DNA of 54,261 bases from Burkholderiales bacterium. Lineage in GTDB: Bacteria > Pseudomonadota > Gammaproteobacteria > Burkholderiales > SG8-39. Position numbers and translations under genes: made by a program. Positions 50,258-54,261 of this stretch are shown here, piece by piece. The first letter of the stretch is position 1, and each line of letters starts with the position of its first letter. The stretch is taken from NCBI GenBank assembly GCA_025458245.1, contig JALOSW010000001.1, positions 1-54,261 of the forward strand, read 5' to 3'. A model generated the notes under the pieces. It was not told the origin of the DNA, ran no database searches, and worked only from the letters and a program-made list of their open reading frames with translations.

Positions 50258-52005
50258 TGCAGATGAAGCAGGCCCATCCCCACGGCGGCGATCGCGTCGC
50301 GGCGGCGCTCGAAGCGCAAGCCGTGCCGGTCGTCTTCACCCTTTGCGGCGGGCATATCTCGCCCATCCTCACGGCTTCGAAGGCGCGCGGCATCCGCGTG
50401 CTCGACTGCCGCGACGAAGCGACCGCCGTGTTCGCCGCCGACGCGTTCGCGCGGCTCACCGGCCTTCCCGGCGTGGCCGCGGTGACGGCCGGACCGGGCC
50501 TCACGAATACCATCACGGCCCTAAAGAACGCCCAGCTCGCCCAGTCGCCGCTGGTCCTGATCGGCGGCGCAGCACCGACCGCGCTGCAGGGCCGCGGCGC
50601 GCTGCAAGATATCGACCAGCGCCCGCTCGTCGCGCCGCACGTCAAGCGCTTCACCAAGATCCGGCGCGTCGCCGAGCTCGCGCCCGCCGTCGAGGCAGCG
50701 TTCGCGATCGCGCGCGAGGGCGTGCCTGGCCCGGTGTGCATCGAGTGCCCGGTCGATCTCCTGTACGACGAGGCGAACATCCGCCAGTGGTACGCCGACG
50801 CCGCCGGCAAGGGCACCGCCCTGCCCGACCGCGCGCTGCGCTGGTATCTCAACCGCCACGTCGAGAAGATGTTCGCAGGAAGCGGTGAGCCCGCCTCGCC
50901 GAAGGCCAGTATCCCGACACCGCCCGCGCCGCCCGATGCGAGCGTCGACGCGACCCTCGCGGCGCTCGCCAAGTCCGAGCGGCCGCTCATGGTGATCGGC
51001 AGTCAGGCGATGGCGCTGTCGCGCGACGCGGAGCGCATCGCCGCGGCGATCGCCAAGCTCGGCGTGCCCGTCTATCTTTCGGGCATGGCGCGCGGCCTGC
51101 TCGGGCGCGACCACCCGCTGCAGATGCGGCATGCGCGCCGCAACGCGCTGCGCGAGTCCGACTGCGTGATCCTCGCCGGCGTGCCGTGCGATTTCCGGCT
51201 CGACTATGGCCGGCACGTGCGGCGCAGCGCGACGCTCGTCGCCGCGAACCGCAGCGCCAAGGAAGCGCGCATGAACCGCCGGCCGACGATCGCCGCGATC
51301 GGCGATGCGGGCCTGTTCCTGCAGCGCCTGGCCGCGAAGTCTTCGGCCGGCGCGGCGCGGCAGGCCTGGATCGCCGCCTTGCGCCAGCGCGATGTCGAGC
51401 GCGAGGCCGACATCGACGCGCAGGCCGCCGCGCAGGGCGAATACGTCAATCCGCTCGGCTTCTTCCGCGCGCTCGACCGGGCCGCCGGCGACAACGCGGT
51501 GATGGTGGCGGACGGCGGCGATTTCGTGTCGACGGCCTCCTACATCCTCCGGCCGCGCGGGCCGCTGGCGTGGCTCGACCCGGGCGTGTTCGGCACGCTC
51601 GGCGTCGGCGCGGGCTTCGCGATCGGCGCGGCCATGGCGCGCCCGGAAAGCGAGGTGTGGATCGTCTATGGCGACGGCGCGAGCGGCTACGGCCTCGTCG
51701 AGTTCGACACCTTCGTGCGCCACGGCATTCCGGTCATCGCGGTCGTCGGCAACGACGCATGTTGGACGCAGATCGCGCGCGAGCAGGTGAAGATGCTGAA
51801 GGACGACGTGAGCACCGTGCTGGCGCGCACCGATTACCACCGCGTCGCCGAAGGCTTCGGCGCCGCCGGCATCGTGGTGAAGTCGAACGCAGAGGTGCCC
51901 GCAGCGCTCCAGCGCGCGCGCGAGATCGCACGCGCCGGCAAGCCGGTGCTCGTCAACGTGTGGCTCGACAAGACGGAATTTCGCGAGGGCTCGATCTCGA
52001 TGTAG
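50257..52005 (+). CDS. Thiamine-diphosphate enzyme (acetolactate synthase / oxalyl-CoA decarboxylase / 2-hydroxyacyl-CoA lyase-like)
   Basis: 582 aa from MQMKQAH. Its ATG shares one base with the ligase TGA (TGATG). Motifs: [14 protein letters not shown], and the ThDP motif GDGASGY...VVGNDACW. Confidence 0.85.
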   Translation: MQMKQAHPHGGDRVAAALEAQAVPVVFTLCGGHISPILTASKARGIRVLDCRDEATAVFAADAFARLTGLPGVAAVTAGPGLTNTITALKNAQLAQSPLVLIGGAAPTALQGRGALQDIDQRPLVAPHVKRFTKIRRVAELAPAVEAAFAIAREGVPGPVCIECPVDLLYDEANIRQWYADAAGKGTALPDRALRWYLNRHVEKMFAGSGEPASPKASIPTPPAPPDASVDATLAALAKSERPLMVIGSQAMALSRDAERIAAAIAKLGVPVYLSGMARGLLGRDHPLQMRHARRNALRESDCVILAGVPCDFRLDYGRHVRRSATLVAANRSAKEARMNRRPTIAAIGDAGLFLQRLAAKSSAGAARQAWIAALRQRDVEREADIDAQAAAQGEYVNPLGFFRALDRAAGDNAVMVADGGDFVSTASYILRPRGPLAWLDPGVFGTLGVGAGFAIGAAMARPESEVWIVYGDGASGYGLVEFDTFVRHGIPVIAVVGNDACWTQIAREQVKMLKDDVSTVLARTDYHRVAEGFGAAGIVVKSNAEVPAALQRAREIARAGKPVLVNVWLDKTEFREGSISM

Positions 52006-52061
52006 CGCCGCGGCGAGCGCACCTCGGCGCGCCGCGCCGCGCGGGGCGGGGCGGCGACGGC

Positions 52062-53186
52062 CTACTTCAGCAGGCGATCGACTTTCGCCATGTGGCCGGC
52101 GGCGTCGATCTCTTCGCCGCACGGCTCGAAGCTCGCCTGCTCCAGCAAGCCGCGCACGGTCTTGAGGCTCCCCGCGACCCATGCCTTCTTCACGCTCGGC
52201 GCGTACAGCGAGCGCTTGAGCGTTTCGAGCTCGTCGTGCAGCTCGCGCAGCAGCGGGTCGCGGCTCCGCGCCTGGTCCAGCTTTTTCGCGATCGCCTTGG
52301 CGAGCGCGAGCGCGCCGTCCGGATCGAGGTTCGGATACGGATCTGCGGCCGGCGCGGCCTCGGCACGAACGGGCGGCGGCTGCGTCGGCAGCGAAAGTGG
52401 CGTGATGCTCAAGTGCTCGTCCGTGCGTTCCGGCTCGGCGTTCGCGGGCGGCGGCGACGCCGTCTGTGCCCGAGCCGGCTCGTGCGCGTGAGGCAAAGGG
52501 GCTTCGGCTTCCACGGCGGGTGATTCCAGCCGCGGCAGCGGTGCTTCCGCCTCGACGATCGTCGGCGCATCCGGCTCGCCCCGAGGCGGCACTTCCACCT
52601 CCGCGGGCGACGCTTCCGCGCGGGCGGCAGGCGCTTTCCGGAGGCGCGGCTCCGCCGATGCGGGTCGCGCCATTGTCGGCGCCTCGCGCACCCCGGACTC
52701 TTGCGGCGGGGCGATGCTCGCTGGCGGCGTCGGCTCGCCGCGGAATTCCGTCGGAGCAGACGCGTGCACCGCCTCCGGCGCGGACGGCGCCGGCGCGCCC
52801 GCCGATTCCCCGGGCGCGTCCTCGGGCCCCACCTCGAGCACCACGATTTCAGGATCGCCGTCCGCTTCACCCGTGGCCGGCAGCGGATACTTCGCGGCGT
52901 TTCGGGCAAGGCGATCCGCCACCGCCCGGTCGACGTCCACGTCGAGCCGGTCCGCGAGCCGCAGCGCCTGAAGAAGCACGTCCGCGATCGCGTCGGCGGC
53001 GGAGTCGCGCAGGCGCGCGCTCTCGGATGCGGACCGGGCGTCCTCGCGCTGCCACTTGAAAAGCTCGAGCACCACGCTCGCTTCGATCGCGAGCGCCATG
53101 GCGAGATTCTTCGGCGTCTGCGAGTCGTCCCAGCCGCGCTCAGCCGCGAACCTTGCGAGTTCCGCCTGCACCGCTTTCACGTCCAT
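52062..53186 (-). CDS. MazG-like nucleotide pyrophosphohydrolase domain fused to a Pro/Ala/Glu-rich linker and a helical C-terminal domain
   Basis: 374 aa from MDVKAVQAEL (an alternative ATG is at 53222). N-terminal PKNLAMALAIEASVVLELFKW...ADVLLQALRLA...NAAKYP, then about 190 aa of low complexity, then about 90 aa predicted helical. Confidence 0.65.
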   Translation of the reverse strand: MDVKAVQAELARFAAERGWDDSQTPKNLAMALAIEASVVLELFKWQREDARSASESARLRDSAADAIADVLLQALRLADRLDVDVDRAVADRLARNAAKYPLPATGEADGDPEIVVLEVGPEDAPGESAGAPAPSAPEAVHASAPTEFRGEPTPPASIAPPQESGVREAPTMARPASAEPRLRKAPAARAEASPAEVEVPPRGEPDAPTIVEAEAPLPRLESPAVEAEAPLPHAHEPARAQTASPPPANAEPERTDEHLSITPLSLPTQPPPVRAEAAPAADPYPNLDPDGALALAKAIAKKLDQARSRDPLLRELHDELETLKRSLYAPSVKKAWVAGSLKTVRGLLEQASFEPCGEEIDAAGHMAKVDRLLK

Positions 53187-53394
53187 CGACGCCCCCTCGC
53201 GCTGCTCCGCCCACGCGATCATGCGCCTGCGGCGGCACGGCGCGCCACCTCCCTCGCGCGGCGGAGGAGACATTTGCGGCGTGCCGCGCCCGCCCGGCGC
53301 GCCGCCTGGGCCCGCCCCGGCGCCACATGCGGGTAGCGGGCACCCCGCCGGTTCGCGCACAATGCCGCCCTTTCCGCCTCCACTGCGTCCGCCG

Positions 53395-54261
53395 ATGCCG
53401 CTCGTCCAGCTCTCCGCCGTTTCGCTCGCGTTCGGCCACGTGCCCCTGCTCGATCGCGTCGAGCTGGTCATCGAGGCGGGCCGGCGTGTCGGACTCATCG
53501 GCCGCAACGGAACAGGCAAGTCTTCGCTCCTGCGCGTGCTGTCCGGCGACACGGCGCCCGACGACGGCACGGTCTGGCGCGCGCCGTCGCTCAGGCTCGC
53601 GTTCGTCCCGCAGGAGCCCGCGTTCGGCGCCGGCGAAACCGTGTTCGAGGCGGTCTCCTCCGGACTCGGCGCATTCCGGCAGCTCCTGGTGGACTACCAC
53701 GCGACCACGCACGCCCTCGAAGCGGCGGCCGACGACCCGGCGTTGCTCGAACGCCTTCATGTGCTCCAAGCCGCGCTCGACGACGCCGGCGCGTGGACGC
53801 TGCAGCACAAGGTCGACACGGTGCTGTCGCGCTTCGCGCTCGACCCGGACCGGCCGGTCGGCGAGCTGTCGGGCGGCCTCAAGAAGAGGGTGGCGCTCGC
53901 GCGCGCGCTCGTGATCGAGCCCGACCTGCTGCTCCTCGACGAGCCGACCAACCATCTCGACGTCGCGGCGATCGAGTGGCTGGAAGACCTCCTGCGCGGA
54001 CTGGCCGGCACCGTCCTTTTCGTGACCCACGACCGGCGCTTCCTCGACAACGTCGCCGACGAGATCGTCGAGCTCGACCGCGGCCGGCTCGCTTCCTATC
54101 CCGGAACCTTCGCCGAGTACCAGGCGCGCAAGAGCGCCGAGCTCGAGACCGAGGCGATCGCCAACCGCAAGTTCGACAAGGTGCTCGCCCAGGAAGAGGC
54201 GTGGATCCGCAAGGGCATCGAGGCGCGGCGCACGCGCAACGAGGGCCGCGTTCGCCGCCTC
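53395..54261 (+). CDS. uup: ABC-F family ATPase (Uup-like), 5' part; runs off the window
   Basis: The frame is open to the window end, so it is absent from the ORF track. MPLVQLSAVSLAFG..., GRNGTGKSSLLR, LSGGLKKRVALARAL, LLLLDEPTNHLD. Confidence 0.8.
   Translation, partial: MPLVQLSAVSLAFGHVPLLDRVELVIEAGRRVGLIGRNGTGKSSLLRVLSGDTAPDDGTVWRAPSLRLAFVPQEPAFGAGETVFEAVSSGLGAFRQLLVDYHATTHALEAAADDPALLERLHVLQAALDDAGAWTLQHKVDTVLSRFALDPDRPVGELSGGLKKRVALARALVIEPDLLLLDEPTNHLDVAAIEWLEDLLRGLAGTVLFVTHDRRFLDNVADEIVELDRGRLASYPGTFAEYQARKSAELETEAIANRKFDKVLAQEEAWIRKGIEARRTRNEGRVRRL

Overview
Very GC-rich chromosomal segment whose gene order looks betaproteobacterial (Burkholderiales-like; this is inference from synteny, no search was run). 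About 55 genes are supportable, nearly all on the minus strand. In coordinate order: a phoH-like tail, dnaB, the rpsF-priB-rpsR-rplI operon, rlmB, rnr, tRNA-Leu(CAG), a PRTase, purA, hisZ, DUF2065, hflC, hflK, hflX, hfq, der, bamB, a yfgM-like gene, hisS, ispG, rodZ, pilW, rlmN, ndk, tilS and accA. Next come a stand-alone paaABCDE oxygenase cluster, an alkA-like / unknown / HNH / Trx-TPR block, a divergent DksA-like gene, and a livKHMGF-type ABC transporter. The most unusual stretch is 39.2-48.4 kb. It holds a GroES-less groEL, an extra hpf, an archaeal/eukaryal-type rtcB with archease, a tandem-USP-like gene, an 817-aa Lon-like AAA+ protease and pncB. The window ends with an acyl-CoA ligase coupled to a ThDP enzyme, a MazG-like fusion protein and a uup 5' part. 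No CRISPR array, IS element, integrase or prophage was seen. The main hunt results are: (1) the pncB-lon-USP-archease-rtcB-hpf array as a candidate undescribed RNA-repair / proteolysis / ribosome-hibernation module; (2) the only three exact TTGA-N6-TCAA (FNR/FixK-type) boxes I found, all intergenic; (3) a candidate sigma-54-dependent small RNA with a CCUCCUCC anti-Shine-Dalgarno loop downstream of the liv operon; and (4) two copies of a roughly 145-155 bp inverted-repeat element inserted between cistrons of the paa and liv operons. All family names come from motif recognition by eye. The many long Arg/Ala/Pro-rich ORFs in the track are high-GC shadow frames.
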